This document shows positions 1 to 11,403 of a stretch of 64,000 nucleotides of DNA, piece by piece. The DNA is from Pelagomonas calceolata. Its lineage: Eukaryota. The DNA lies in assembly GCA_918797485.1 (NCBI GenBank), contig CAKKNE010000005.1, positions 2,170,001-2,234,000 of the forward strand, given 5' to 3'. Numbering within the stretch: position 1 is the first letter of the stretch; every line of letters begins with the position of its first letter. The notes beneath the pieces were generated by a model. That model saw only the letters and a list, made by a program, of their open reading frames with translations, did no database searches and was not told the DNA's origin. Made by a program: the position numbers and the translations under genes.

Positions 1-383
1 CGCCCGTCTGCTCCGTGATGAGGCTCGCCAAGCTCGCGGCGTCCGTGACGTCCCCCTTGGCGACGGTGACGAGCTTCGACGCGTCGCCGACAAATTCTCC
101 GGTGCGCGTCGCGGCGACGCAGGGCCGGCCCTTCTTCTGCAGGTACTTGACGCACCTGCGTGCGCGGATCGTATGCTCAATGACGACTCGAGGACGCCGA
201 ATCGAGCTCGAGGCCCGTCCCGCCGTTCGCGCCGAGGACCAGGACAGGCTTTGCAGCAGCAAGTGCATTTTGGGTGCCAATAGCTGTGGCTGCCGCGGCG
301 GCGCCAGGCAGCGCTCGTCGGGTGAGCTGCAGAGCACTCACGTACTGCAGTGCAACCGTCAGAATGAGCAATAGACGATTCAT
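1..383 (-). CDS. NAD(P)-binding Rossmann-fold protein (atypical SDR-like), signal peptide; runs off window start
   Basis: VLVLGANGGTG dinucleotide-binding motif; removing a GC-AG intron at 156-207 joins GGTGLE to CVKYLQKKGRPCVAATRTG. Confidence 0.75.
156..207 (-). other. 52-nt GC-AG intron, probably a decayed introner
   Basis: Removal restores the frame; donor GCTCGATT is followed at +9 by CGGCGTCC and the intron ends ACGCAG, as in other introns here. Confidence 0.65.
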
Positions 384-526
384 TTGGTCGTTCTAGGTGT
401 CAAGTGCCAAAATGCTCTCACTTGGCTTGCAGCCATCTCCGGACGAGTTGTCGCGTTTTGACCAGATAGATCAACGTGCGCCTGCAGGCTGCACCAGGGG
501 ACTATTGCTCGCCGCTGCGTAGCGTC

Positions 527-591
527 GCACGCTGCAGCGCACCAGATTGAAGCACTCTGCACGCTGCAGCGCACCAGTGAAGCACTCTGCA
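527..591 (+). repeat. Two tandem copies of a ~31-bp unit in a divergent promoter
   Basis: gcacgctgcagcgcaccag(at)tgaagcactct occurs twice. Confidence 0.85.
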
Positions 592-595
592 AGCT

Positions 596-1920
596 ATGCG
601 GGCGTTGCAATGCGTAGTACGACTGGCACTGCTTGCACCGCTTGCGGACGCACTGCTGGCGCCGCCGCCGCGTTTCACTCGTCGTCGCGGGTCGGCGCTC
701 GCCGCGGCACCGGTGGCAGGTGCGTCCTCGAAGGTCTTTGCCGCCGCGACGGGTGCAGTGTCACGACTGGTCGTCACGACGGCACTCGGTGCCGCGACGG
801 TGAAAGCGAACATCGTCACTCCGGAACAGATCAACGGCCTCGCGAAGGTCGTCTACAACTTCTTCCTGCCCTGCTTTCTCTTTACCACGTTGATTCGCAC
901 GGTGGCTACCTACGGTCTATCACCCGAGTTACTGCTGCTGATGCCCTTCGCGGCCTGCGCGCAAATTGCGATCGCATTCCTCGTCTCCCGATTCCTACTG
1001 GTGCCGCTTGTCGGCGTGAAGCCGCGGTCGGCCGCGGCAAGAGAACTGACCCTGTCCGGGAGCTTCGGCAACCCCGGCGTTCTCCCGTTGCTCTTCTTTG
1101 ACGCGTTGTTCGCCGGCGCGCGCGACGCGTCGCTCCTGCCGCGGCTCGTCGCGCTGACGTCGTTTTATCTGATCGGCTTTACGCCCGCGTTCTGGGCGCT
1201 CGGTAACGCGATCCTCGCCGACGATGATCCAGATGCGGCGTGCTTGGTCGTAAGCCCCGACGAGTGCGAGGCGGAGACACGAGTGGATCGGGCGAAGAAG
1301 GCGCTAACTGCTCTGCTGAAGCCGCCGCCGGTCCGTGCCGCGCTGGGAGGTTTAGCCGTGGCGGCATGTACTCCGCTGAGGGATGCCCTCGTCGGCCCGA
1401 ACGCGCGCCTCGCAAACGTCTTCGCCGCTCTGACACGTTTCTCGGGGGCCTACCTCCCGTCGGCGTCGTTGGTACTGGCCGGGTCGCTCATTGCCGGCGG
1501 CGGCGGAGACGACGACGACGCGCCGCCGGGTCTGAGACGTATCGTCGCGCTCTGCTTGCATCGGTTTTGTCTCCTCCCCGCGCTCGGCGCCGGTGCTTTA
1601 TTTGGCCTCGCGAAGGTCGGCCTGTTCCCGGCGGTGCACAAATCAATTACGCGGGCGTCTCTGCACGTCATCGACGCGACGCCGATGGTTTTTCGCACAG
1701 GTTCCCGGCGCCGCGCGCGTCGCCGCTCGTTTGGTTTTTCCTTCTCACGCAATTCGCCATGCCCCCGGCACAGAACACTGTAGTGATGTTCCAGCTCCGA
1801 GATAACCCAAAAGGAGCGAAGCGCCAGGCCCGGACGCTGCTCGTCGTCTACGCGGCGGCCGTCGCGCCGCTCGCGTTCTTGTTCAACGCGTACCTGACCG
1901 CGTGCGGGCTGAGCGTATAA
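596..1920 (+). CDS. Auxin efflux carrier / PILS-like membrane transporter (exons 596-1623, 1701-1920)
   Basis: Multi-TM; FLPCFLF, FGNPGVLPL, QFAMPPAQN motifs; splicing 1624-1700 joins the two ORFs as GLFPAPRAS. Confidence 0.8.
1624..1708 (+). mobile_element. Introner element (element 1632-1700; intron 1624-1700)
   Basis: Direct repeat GTTCCCGG at 1624-1631 and 1701-1708; imperfect TIR CGGTGCACAAATCA...TGGTTTTTCGCACAG. Confidence 0.85.
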
Positions 1921-1976
1921 GTCTAACACTAGAATAGTTGTACAAACCGCGTGCGGGAAGTAGAACAATAATGAAT

Positions 1977-3083
1977 TTACCTCAGCTCGAGCGCGTCGTA
2001 GTGCACGCCGCCTCTATAACAGACGCGCACGGTTCTGGAGGCGCCGCTCTTCTCGAACAGCGAGATGCGCTTGAAGCCGGCAGAGCACTGCTCATACACT
2101 TCAACGTTGCAGCCCTTCAATTCGGAAAAGGCGGCCATCTCGATGCCACCGCCCCAGCCGCCGCGCGACATCTTGTCCGCGTACTTCTGGACCGAGACCA
2201 GCGCGTCCCAGCGGATCCAATCTCTCAGAGGATCGCCGGCAATTTCCAAATCGGGATGCTTCCTTATAAATTGCATGAGCTCCCTCCTTAATCCAGACGC
2301 GTTGCCTTCTCGCAAACCATAGGACAAGGAATGGAACAAGCACGACCCGTCGGGAGGTTGTGGTACGACCCTACCTCGCGTCGTGATCAGGGGCGGCGCA
2401 TTCCCACCTAAAACCTTGCCCTTCTTCCCTAGCATCCTTGTAGCATCAGGGTGCGTCCCCCGGTCCTTCTTGAAGTGGGGGCACTTCTCGGTCATGTGGT
2501 CCCCGTCGCAGCGGTCGCAGCACAGCTTCGCCGGCTTATCATTTTCGCTCCGCCGTCTCACCGACGGCGGCGGCGGCCTCCGATTCAGTTGCGACGGCAT
2601 CCTCCTCGACTTTTTATCGTCGTCCGGCATACCAGAGGGCTCCGCCAGCTTCACTCTAGGAGACGGCTTCAGGGAGGGCTCCGACCGGCGCCGCAGTCGC
2701 GCCGTCGGGCCGTCGCCGTAGCTTCCGTCTCGCCTCAGTCTATCATCAAAAGCCGCCAGGGCGGCCTTCTGCGTCTCCGTTCTCTCCGTTTCACGAGGCC
2801 GGGGCCGCCGCTGGCGCCGCGGTTGGGAACCCGCCGGCGGCTTCCGCTGATATGGGTTAGTTGGCGGTGCCGGCTTCGTCGGGTTCCCGGCGGCGCCGGG
2901 CCGCCTTACTCTCCTCCGTTCGATGGCCTGCTCCGCCGCGAGGGCCTGCTCCGCCGATGCCGCGGCGCCGCCGCCCCGATTCGTGCGCGTGCGCTCGTTG
3001 CGGTAGCGGGAGGGGGTCCGCAGGCCCAGCATGTTTGCCAGACCCTTGGCGGCGCCCCGCATCCGTCGGTGCGCCTGGCGCAT
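1977..3083 (-). CDS. OTU-family deubiquitinase with a CCHC-like knuckle
   Basis: PDGSCLFHSL, WGGGIEM and HYDAL OTU motifs; CDRCDGDHMTEKC; start codon uncertain. Confidence 0.8.
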   Translation of the reverse strand: MRQAHRRMRGAAKGLANMLGLRTPSRYRNERTRTNRGGGAAASAEQALAAEQAIERRRVRRPGAAGNPTKPAPPTNPYQRKPPAGSQPRRQRRPRPRETERTETQKAALAAFDDRLRRDGSYGDGPTARLRRRSEPSLKPSPRVKLAEPSGMPDDDKKSRRMPSQLNRRPPPPSVRRRSENDKPAKLCCDRCDGDHMTEKCPHFKKDRGTHPDATRMLGKKGKVLGGNAPPLITTRGRVVPQPPDGSCLFHSLSYGLREGNASGLRRELMQFIRKHPDLEIAGDPLRDWIRWDALVSVQKYADKMSRGGWGGGIEMAAFSELKGCNVEVYEQCSAGFKRISLFEKSGASRTVRVCYRGGVHYDALELR

Positions 3084-3278
3084 CGTCGGCGTCCGCTGGT
3101 CGCTCCGCGCGCAGCCCCCACCGTTCGGGCTCCCCGGAGTGGCCCGGCTCGCAACGCCGTGACCTGCAGCACCGGATGGGCTTGGTTGATTGCTAGTGGA
3201 CCCGCACGCAGGAAAGACGTATTCGGGCGATTGGGCGGGCCGCGGGCCCGACTCTCGACTAATACAGAACAACAGCCC

Positions 3279-4496
3279 TTAGCCCGGCGGACGCGACCCC
3301 GGGAACCGCCGCGACCCCGGCGGCCGCGACGACGCCGGCGCCCGAGGGATCAGGTCGACGCGGCAGACGCCGTCGCGCTTACATTGCGAGCGCTGCGTCT
3401 TCCAAATGTCGGCCCAGCCGAAGCTCCGACCCAACCGTCTTTCGAGCGACGCGACGTCATCTTTGACAATATCGACCATATCATCATAAGCGTCGGGCAG
3501 CACCTCGTAAGGTACAGTACTTCTTCGATTCGACGGTGTGGTAGAAGACAGGTTATGTGCTTGCAACCCTACAAAGTCCAGGATGCGCCCATAGACATGT
3601 GAGGCACCATCGTCCTCAAATAAGTCCTCGAATTTTATAATGAGGAACTGCTCCAAGGGCCAGCCCGCCGCGAGCCACTTTTGGAGATGGGCATCATACA
3701 ACGACCCGCCTAGATGGTGGTTCCCCCTCAAAAACCACCTTTGCCTCACACAGCAGTCCATCGACCGCGACCTCAGACAATTCGGCACCAAAGGAAACTT
3801 CATGTTCATGTGCTGGAGCCAGGACATGGCCCGCGTGATCGGTTCCCGCAGGATAATCACGAGCTTGGCCCAAGGTGCGGCCTGTCGTAAGGCCAATGCC
3901 GCTGAATAATCCCATTGCAAGTAATAGGCCGTCCCATCAAAGGTCGCGACACGCTTCATGCCTTTGTCACATATTGTGGAAAGTTGCAGCACGTCGCGGA
4001 CGTACCACCTTGCTCGTAGTGATCGTAGTGGTGATGGTAAGGCAAAATAACCAGGTTCCTTGGGCGTCGGCGCAATGATCTGGGGATGCTTTGATAACAA
4101 GTCGTACATCGACGTCGTGCCGCACTTCTGGCAGCCGCCGAGCCAGAAATGGGGCGGCCGGAATAATGTATGTTGGTGTTCGAGCGCATTCCGCAAACAA
4201 GATGTGGTGGTGCATCTACAAGCTTCCTTCTCGGCCTTGTGCGGCTTTTGCTCGTACGTATCCTCCATGGCGGTGAAGCGGCTGTCCTCGTAGCTGGCGT
4301 AGAGGAAGATTACGAGGAGCGCGGCGCCGAGCGCCGCGACGCGGCCGCGCAGCCTTGTAGGTGGGCGCCGCTTCTCCTTCGCATTGTGCTTCGGTTGCTT
4401 CTGCCAGCGCTCGCGCAGGCCCAGGCCGACGCCTGCGGCCGCTATTGCTGTCGCAATGAGAGCCATGTCCCAGGCTCCGGGGTAGTAGCACCACAT
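3279..4496 (-). CDS. Membrane-anchored sulfotransferase (heparan-sulfate 3-O/N-sulfotransferase-like)
   Basis: GCQKCGTTS 5'-PSB loop, KEPGYF, LREPITRAMS 3'-PB motif. Confidence 0.85.
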   Translation of the reverse strand: MWCYYPGAWDMALIATAIAAAGVGLGLRERWQKQPKHNAKEKRRPPTRLRGRVAALGAALLVIFLYASYEDSRFTAMEDTYEQKPHKAEKEACRCTTTSCLRNALEHQHTLFRPPHFWLGGCQKCGTTSMYDLLSKHPQIIAPTPKEPGYFALPSPLRSLRARWYVRDVLQLSTICDKGMKRVATFDGTAYYLQWDYSAALALRQAAPWAKLVIILREPITRAMSWLQHMNMKFPLVPNCLRSRSMDCCVRQRWFLRGNHHLGGSLYDAHLQKWLAAGWPLEQFLIIKFEDLFEDDGASHVYGRILDFVGLQAHNLSSTTPSNRRSTVPYEVLPDAYDDMVDIVKDDVASLERRLGRSFGWADIWKTQRSQCKRDGVCRVDLIPRAPASSRPPGSRRFPGSRPPG

Positions 4497-4649
4497 GGCT
4501 GCTCGACGGCGTGCAGGCTGGTTTCGTAGGAATGCAGTGATGCGTAGCGCTGGCAAATTCGATCGTTACTTACTTGCAGCAAGCCTGCGTATTGCCGGCA
4601 CAGCCCCCAAAACCTGATTTGATTTCTGGTCGGCCCGAACTCCGCCGCA

Positions 4650-4877
4650 CGCGCTCGCGAGGAGCACGCCTCGGAAGCGAGGACGTCGAAGATACGGGTT
4701 TGGCCTAGACTAGCTGTAGCCTGCGTAGTACAGCGCGACGCGGTAAATTCATGGGGCAGCCCCACCGCCGCCGCCGAGGCGCGTATGGAGCCAGCGCCTC
4801 CCACCCACCGTTCCGACGCCCGCGCTCGGAGGAGCACGGCTCGGAAGCGAGGACCTAGGTACGCTAGCTGTAGCCTG
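4650..4877 (+). repeat. Imperfect direct repeat pair in a divergent promoter (about 4650-4722 and 4821-4877)
   Basis: cgcgctcg(c)gaggagcacg(c/g)ctcggaagcgaggac ... ctagctgtagcctg occurs twice. Confidence 0.75.
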
Positions 4878-5033
4878 TATCCCTAGTCCCGGCACAGCGC
4901 GAGCGGCTGGGCCTCGCAATTAGCGCCACAAACACGCCCGCCGAGGCCGCCGGGCAGCGCGCACGCACCACGTACGCCCACCGTAGCACGCGCCGAGAGC
5001 AGCTCCCGCGAAGGGCAGCCCACCGACGCAACG

Positions 5034-5819
5034 ATGGAGTCCATATACAACCTCGTCCCCGAGGAGTACGACCCGGTAAAATTCGGGGACAAGGGGCCCA
5101 TGTACCGTAGTCGCTATGATCCCAAGGCCGGCGTGACTGGCTCTACGTTCAACACGCATGGTTCTACGAAGGTGTTGGGCGCCGGCGAAGCCGTGAGGAA
5201 GGCTTCAGGCACGATGGGCCGAAGGACGGAACGACCGGACCCGAATGACTATCTGAAGGGCCAGACGAAGTGCAAGAAAGTATCGTCACGAGTGGACGTC
5301 CAGAAATTTGATCGACCCATTGGTACACGCAAGGAACCCGTGCCGCGACCGCACGAGCGACCGGTCCTAGGCCTCCACACGGCCAAGAACTTCGTCACGG
5401 CGAACGCCGTCGAGGCCATCCTCCAGGTCCCCGCTGTTAGATATTCAGAGGAACCAGATTACATGGCCAAGCAAGACTATGGTAAAGTGCCGGCATACTT
5501 ATCCCAGGTCAAGGAGGAGATCAAGAGAGAAAACGAGATGATCGACCAGTACGTGCAAGAACAGATGGGCCTGGCCGGCCACGCCGTCGAGGATCCGGGC
5601 GTCGAGATGGATCCGGAAGAGCGCACGGAAATAATCTTAGCTCTCAAAAAGAAGTGGGACCACACGAACCGCCAGTACCAGCTCTGCACGCACAAGGTCG
5701 ACTTCCCGTCCTTCGGCGACAAGGCCCGGAAGCGCGGCCTCGAGGACACGCTCAAGCAGCTCGAGAGCGACATCGCCAAGCTCGAGAAGCCCGCGCCCAT
5801 CTTCGTGAAGCGCTACTAG
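5034..5819 (+). CDS. ENKUR: Enkurin (flagellar calmodulin-binding protein)
   Basis: MESIYNLVP, KNFVTANAVEAIL, DYGKVPAYL, C-terminal LESDIAKLEK. Confidence 0.9.
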   Translation: MESIYNLVPEEYDPVKFGDKGPMYRSRYDPKAGVTGSTFNTHGSTKVLGAGEAVRKASGTMGRRTERPDPNDYLKGQTKCKKVSSRVDVQKFDRPIGTRKEPVPRPHERPVLGLHTAKNFVTANAVEAILQVPAVRYSEEPDYMAKQDYGKVPAYLSQVKEEIKRENEMIDQYVQEQMGLAGHAVEDPGVEMDPEERTEIILALKKKWDHTNRQYQLCTHKVDFPSFGDKARKRGLEDTLKQLESDIAKLEKPAPIFVKRY

Positions 5820-6507
5820 AGTTGGCTGATGGGCTAAGTATGTTTCTCATTATGGGCTCGCGGCGGCGGCGTGCACTCGTGCCGATAGTTCTAGCCGCCA
5901 GTAGCCGGCGCGTACACGTCGATTTTCGTGTCGGCCGAGTAGGGCACCATGGCGTCGCGGCGATGGCGTTTGGGGAGTTCGGTACAGCCCTTACGCCGTC
6001 GGCGCGACTCGTCGCGCGCGTCGAACGCTCGGCGGACCCGCGCCGCCGCGCGTACCGTCCTTGTGAGTCTGCGCGAGCTTGGGTTCTTTAGCAGGGTACC
6101 TTGGGTCCTATCGATCGGGCGGGACCCGCCGGTCCCAAAACCGCCGCGTTACCTCGCCCGAAGCGCCCTGGTGTGCGTCCGTGCGCCGCGCCGCCGCGGC
6201 CCAGAAAGAAAAAAAACGTCGCCGACCCCTCCGGGACCGCTCTTTACGACGCCGAGGCGTCCCTCGGCGGGTCCAAGACCGAACGTAAACTAAAGTTGAG
6301 GTCGCCGAACAACCGAAGAGGCGAGAACAGTGATCCAAATCGCTTCGGGTCCGCCGCCGCAAGAGCCGGGAGCGGCGCGGGGCTGCGCGGGGCGCACGCC
6401 CAGGTTGCTGTAGGGGCTGTCGCCTTGATAAGGGCGCAAGGGCGGCGCCGGCGGGGACGGAAGGGCTGCCCCAATCAAGCTTGGGTTGCCCAGAACCTAC
6501 CGCGACG

Positions 6508-7023
6508 ATGGTCGAGGGAAGAGGTAGGGCCACGACGGCCTTCATGCGCCAGCTGACGCGCATGTTCGAGGAGCAACAGAATGAAATCCGCTGGGAGGAC
6601 GGGACCATTATCATCCCGGACCCCGCGGCGTTGGAACGTATACTACCCATGTACTACAAAACGTCCAAGTTCTCTTCTTTCCAAAGGCAATTGAACAACT
6701 TTGGGTATCATCGGTCCTACGATAACGGGTCGGCAAGACCCGTCGATCGGTCGAAGGCGCGAGGCGTGTGTTACCGAAAGGTGGCAGGCGCGCCCGCTTG
6801 CCGTGATATTGCGGGGTTGTTATCACTGAGACCGTTGGTGCGGCGCAAGAAGCGCCCCGCGGAACCGGTGATCGGCCAACGACGGTCGCTGATCAATAGC
6901 TCGCACTTCCTGAGGCCCCCGCCCAAGCGGCCGCGCGCGGAGTCCCTCGAGAACCTGAATGACGCGGCGCGCTGTTTGGTGTCGTTCACGTGCCTCAAGG
7001 CCGCGTCCCGAGTTTTGGTTTGA
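6508..7023 (+). CDS. HSF-type DNA-binding transcription factor
   Basis: ILPMYYKTSKFSSFQRQLNNFGY HSF DNA-binding signature. Confidence 0.85.
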   Translation: MVEGRGRATTAFMRQLTRMFEEQQNEIRWEDGTIIIPDPAALERILPMYYKTSKFSSFQRQLNNFGYHRSYDNGSARPVDRSKARGVCYRKVAGAPACRDIAGLLSLRPLVRRKKRPAEPVIGQRRSLINSSHFLRPPPKRPRAESLENLNDAARCLVSFTCLKAASRVLV

Positions 7024-7310
7024 ATATATCCCTTTGCTCCGCGGCGCCCGACGGCGCCGCGGCCTAATTGATCTTTGCTTGCTTGACTTTCTTTCTTTGG
7101 GGGGCGCGGCGACGGCGTTTGGCGGTCTTGGAGGGCCTCGGCGCAGGCCGCGTCCTTCATACTACATGAACCGCCTCGGCCCGGGCAAAGCCCCCCGGAC
7201 AGTGAGCCACGCTAGCCCTCGATCGGGACTAGAGTGGCCAGGTTGCAACTAGCTCCGACGATCCCATCGTCGTCCCCGCTCGCGCGCGCGCACGCGTCAG
7301 CTCAGGCGTT

Positions 7311-7334
7311 GCTAGTGTCTTACAGGCCGCTAGC
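7311..7334 (+). promoter_or_regulatory. CTAG-bounded upstream motif
   Basis: gctagtgtcttacaggccgctagc, ~240 bp upstream of the RPC4 ATG. Confidence 0.65.
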
Positions 7335-7551
7335 CCACGCGGGATTAGCCACAGCCATTTTTAGCGGCTTGCAATCGCCGACGTGAGCTTCACACACGCG
7401 CAGGACTACGCCGAGTACGCCATCGCTGCGTGTGCACGGCGATCGACGGCCGCGCGGCACCGCTGCGAAAAGCGACCACCCTCAGGACCTTGTGAGCTGC
7501 CCTCGCGCACGCGGCAGCGATCGTTCCACCGCGCGCCGTCGCCGCACAAAG

Positions 7552-8376
7552 ATGGCCGACGACCCGCCCGAGCCGCCCATCCGGCGCAAGCGCACGCGCG
7601 GCGCGCCGCCCGCCGCGAAGGTCAAGACCGAGCCCGCACCGGAAGTCAAAGGAACAGGACGGCTCCGGCGCCACGCGCAAGCTGAAGAACCGGATGATGT
7701 CGAGTACAAGGTCCCCGACAAGAAGCCAGCAAAAAAACCGTCGACGAAGAAGCCCGCCGCGAAAACGAAGAAAGAAGAGCCTACTACTTATGCCTCGTCC
7801 AGCGACGAAAGCAGTGACTCCGACGACTCGCTCAGACCCATCCAGGTCACAAAAGATGGACCTCTACCATCACCTCCAGACACGCTCGACGCGGAGATCG
7901 CGCGAAGTCGTGCGGACCCGCTCTTCGCCCGTGACCCGTCCAAGGACTCCGACAAGTTGCTCGTGATCCAGTTTCCCACGTCCTTGCCGGCGGCTCTGCC
8001 GCGGCGACCGACGAAGCGCCCGCGCTCTGATTCCAATGCATCAATTAACAATGACGATGACGCGTTCGACGAGGTCCAGCGCCTGAAACCGGGCAAGATC
8101 GGGACCCTGCAATTGTTACAATCGGGAGACGTCCGCCTGAAGATGGGGGGCGAGACGTTCGACGTGGACCGCGGTTTATTGCAAACCCAAGCCCAGCAGA
8201 TCTGTTCCGTGGATCCTTCGGAGGGGCAACTTTGTGTGATCGGCGACGTCGCGACGAAACTCGTCTGTACCACGCATGTCCCGGAGGAGGACTGGATGGC
8301 CAATTTGCGGGAGCTGATTCCTCGGTTGCAAAGGGAGCAGGCGGAAAAGGAGGCGGCACGCATGCGTGATGATTAA
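7552..8376 (+). CDS. POLR3D: RNA polymerase III subunit RPC4-like
   Basis: C-terminal IQFPTSLP...GKIGTLQLLQSGDVRLKMGGETFDVDRG typical of RPC4. Confidence 0.8.
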   Translation: MADDPPEPPIRRKRTRGAPPAAKVKTEPAPEVKGTGRLRRHAQAEEPDDVEYKVPDKKPAKKPSTKKPAAKTKKEEPTTYASSSDESSDSDDSLRPIQVTKDGPLPSPPDTLDAEIARSRADPLFARDPSKDSDKLLVIQFPTSLPAALPRRPTKRPRSDSNASINNDDDAFDEVQRLKPGKIGTLQLLQSGDVRLKMGGETFDVDRGLLQTQAQQICSVDPSEGQLCVIGDVATKLVCTTHVPEEDWMANLRELIPRLQREQAEKEAARMRDD

Positions 8377-8558
8377 CAAGTGTTCGTAATATCGCGTCGG
8401 CGACGTCCCCCGGGACGCCGTCGCGCCCGTCCAGTGAGTGATGTTTTTTACTTTACGTCATGGGGAGGGGAGGGGGAGTCGTGGGGGAGAAGCAGCGCTC
8501 AACCAGTTTTCTCAAGAGCTGGGGGACACCTTTCAAGTCCTCTGCTGCGGGGGCGTCC

Positions 8559-9383
8559 TTAGTAGCACGTTCCGTGGGCGCCCACGTCGTAGGACGAGCA
8601 ACGCGTGCAACCGAAGCCACCGGACGTGAGGCAGTCGCTGTCGCGGAAACAAATGTCGCCGCACTTCTGGCCGCCGGGGCGCGGCGCCGGGGTCGGCGGG
8701 CGAGGCGCCGAGCCGCCGATCGTCCAGAGCTGAGCCGTGTCGAAGACGCCGCCGTTGCCCGTGCACTTCGCGCCCACGATGGCCTGGCGATCCTTAAGCT
8801 TCCCGTCCTTGACCTTCATACAGATGTCCTGGGACTCGAGGGCGCGGCTGTTCAGCTTAAACGTACCAATGCCGCCGTTCGAGTGGTAGTACGAAAACTG
8901 CTCACCGGCAGCCGTCCCGGCGGCCGGAGAACCGCAGTCGTCGAGATAGAAAGAATCTTTTTTCTGGTACTCGTACCCCTTCATGGGAGCCGAGACACAC
9001 AGTACAGAGTTGTCAATCTGTGCGCCCACGTAGCGGATCTGCATCTTGCCGTCGGAGTTCGTGAAAGGCTTGAAGCTTTGGCCGTACTGGGCCGCATCGC
9101 GTTTCGGCTTACACTCGTAGATCTCGAGGCGCGAGTACTGAGAAACAGTGCGGTGGTTCTCGACCGCGAGGCACCAGTTCGGGTCCTCTTTCAGGCGGAT
9201 CTGGTCAATGGCCGACGATCGGAGGTTCGTCGCGCTCGGCGGCGCGGCCACCGACGTAGCCGTCGCGGCGAGAGCGCCGAGCACGAATGCAGCGATGGCG
9301 GCGCCACCGACGAGGACCTTGAAGCGGCGAGGCTGCTGGTCCTCGGCCGCGGTGGTTTCAGGGAGCGTTGCGTAGGTAGCCAT
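8559..9383 (-). CDS. Type II membrane protein with a ricin-B-like lectin domain and a Cys-rich tail
   Basis: N-terminal TM; repeated C-L-x-V...C...Q-x-F/W beta-trefoil pattern. Confidence 0.65.
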   Translation of the reverse strand: MATYATLPETTAAEDQQPRRFKVLVGGAAIAAFVLGALAATATSVAAPPSATNLRSSAIDQIRLKEDPNWCLAVENHRTVSQYSRLEIYECKPKRDAAQYGQSFKPFTNSDGKMQIRYVGAQIDNSVLCVSAPMKGYEYQKKDSFYLDDCGSPAAGTAAGEQFSYYHSNGGIGTFKLNSRALESQDICMKVKDGKLKDRQAIVGAKCTGNGGVFDTAQLWTIGGSAPRPPTPAPRPGGQKCGDICFRDSDCLTSGGFGCTRCSSYDVGAHGTCY

Positions 9384-9994
9384 TTTTACGGAGCCTGCGA
9401 GACGAGCGGTGTCGCTCGCGAGCTCGTGCGTAGCGGCGCGCGCGTCAATGGCGGTTTCGCGTCGATGGCATGTTAAGACCATGCCGTCAAGGCCCTCTGG
9501 CGGGCGCGCAGGACGGATGCGGGCGGCGTGCTCGACTTTGCCATTGATAGCAGTGTCACAGCTGAGTCGTTTATTGGCGGACGCACGCTCTCACGCTTCA
9601 AGAACTGTGTCGCCGCGCGTTGATTGACTTAATTGAAGACCCACGGACGCCGCTCCTTGCGTCGGTTTTGCAAATGTGATGTGTTCGAAGCGTTCCAATG
9701 GCGACTCTGAGCAACGCTCCATCACACTTTGTCCCGGCAACTGGGGCCAAGAAGTACCCCTCGCGCACGTCGTATACGCCCTCGGATCTATCGTGCGCGT
9801 CCGCGGATCGCTGCGACCGCGCCGCGAGAACGAGGCGCGCGGTCGCCCCGAAGCAACAACCGCACGTCTCGGAACCCAACATATTCCGTCGACGGGATAT
9901 GTTAAACCACGGGCACGCCATCGCGGCGCGTCGGCGCGGACGGCGCCGGAAGGCAATAGATCGAACCGGGATTACACAAAGAGGGGGACACGAC

Positions 9995-11069
9995 CTACGT
10001 GCGCGTGTCCTTCGTGCCGTCGAGGTAGAAGCCGCCCTTGCGCATGCGGAAGCCGCTCATCTGCCGGTTCGCGGGCGTGTTGATCTGGCCGCGCCCGTTC
10101 TCGTCCGGGTCCGTGGACAGCTGGTCGTAGTAGAACCAGCTCCCCGGATAGTACTTCGAGTAGCCGTACTTCTCCTTCCAGTAGGCGAGGATGTCGCCGA
10201 ACTTCTCGGCGTTCTTCTTCTCCTTGGCCACGGCTTTTTGTTTTTCGGCCACTCTCGCGGCGTTGTTCGAGGTGGCCGTGAAGCCGATGGCCTCCCAGAT
10301 GGACTCGACCTCCGGGGCCGCGACTTTCAGGTCGACGTTGAGGATGGGGATGTTGACCTCGAATTCTGGTAAAAGACCACCGAACAACTTGAGGCCCTCT
10401 CGCTCCTTCGCCGTCTTGTTCATCTTGAACCGCAGCCCGTTGTCGTTCATGTACTTCTCCATCGTCGCCTCGGACATGCACTCCTCGATGCTCCCCTTCT
10501 GCTGCTCCGTCATGCCGTCCTTCGTCCACTCCCGGCCGAAGTCGAAGGGCGTGCCCTTGAGCAGGCCGAAGTCCTCCATCTTCAGGGAGGCGGTGGTCGG
10601 CGTCCGTCGCGGCGCGGAGGGTAATCGGTTGCTGGAGGTCGTGAGGGCGGTCGCGCCTACGGATCAGAGGGTGATTGTTTTGTGCGAGGGGGTCGCGCGA
10701 CGGCGTGGGGCTTCGCGCGACGGCGTCGTGCCGGCGCGGTCTTTTCGAGGGGAGGGGCGTCGCGCGACGGCGGCGTGCGGCGCAGCCTTGTGTCTTCGGG
10801 CGGCGTCCGATGTCGAGTAAATGTTCTCCAGTGCGATGCGAGCCTTTTAAGCGCGGCACGACGGCACGCAGGCGTGTCGCGTCCCTCGCCGCAGCTTTGC
10901 TGCCCAGCGGGCTGCGGCCGCGGGCCAACGCAGCGCTAAAGGGCTCGACCTCAATGGAGGGCAATTAACTCGGCCGGACGCGCACCAAATTGCACGCTAC
11001 TTTCACAGACCACGGATCGCATCGTTTGGGTCACGTACCTAGCGCGAGGGCCACTACGGCGCCCTTCAT
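9995..11069 (-). CDS. Hypothetical protein with signal/transit peptide, likely plastid-targeted (exons 11069-11039, 10656-9995)
   Basis: MKGAVVALAL|GATALTTSSNRLPSAPRRTPTTASLKMEDFG after removing a GTACGT...TAG intron at 10657-11038; strong GC3 bias. Confidence 0.7.
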
Positions 11070-11111
11070 GGCGAGAAAATGGCCTCTTCCTCCGATTGAC
11101 GCACACCCAAG

Positions 11112-11133
11112 GCTAGTATCTTACCGACGCTAG
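11112..11133 (+). promoter_or_regulatory. CTAG-bounded upstream motif
   Basis: gctagtatcttaccgacgctag between divergent genes. Confidence 0.6.
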
Positions 11134-11403
11134 GAAGAAGTTAAGCGTCCTTGGATTTCATCCGACACTCGCCGAGGGGCTGCTGAACCGAGAACACGCG
11201 TACTTCCTAGCCGTCTGTACAAAACGCAGGCCGCACACAGCCCAGCCTGCATTGGCAAAACGAGTGCCATACAAACGCCATACGTGCGCGCTGAACACGT
11301 CAAGCAGCCATTTTGCAAGCCAACAACTGCTGCTGCCAGCAACACGCACGGCGCCGTCGTACGAGGCGCACGCAGAGCCCTCTCAGGGAGAGGCTGCTCA
11401 GAG

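Noticed and set aside
2451..3602. 383-aa plus-strand ORF, and similar ones such as 36888-38072, 8460-9476 and 9972-10964
   Set aside because: Alternative or antisense frames of recognisable genes, expected at high GC
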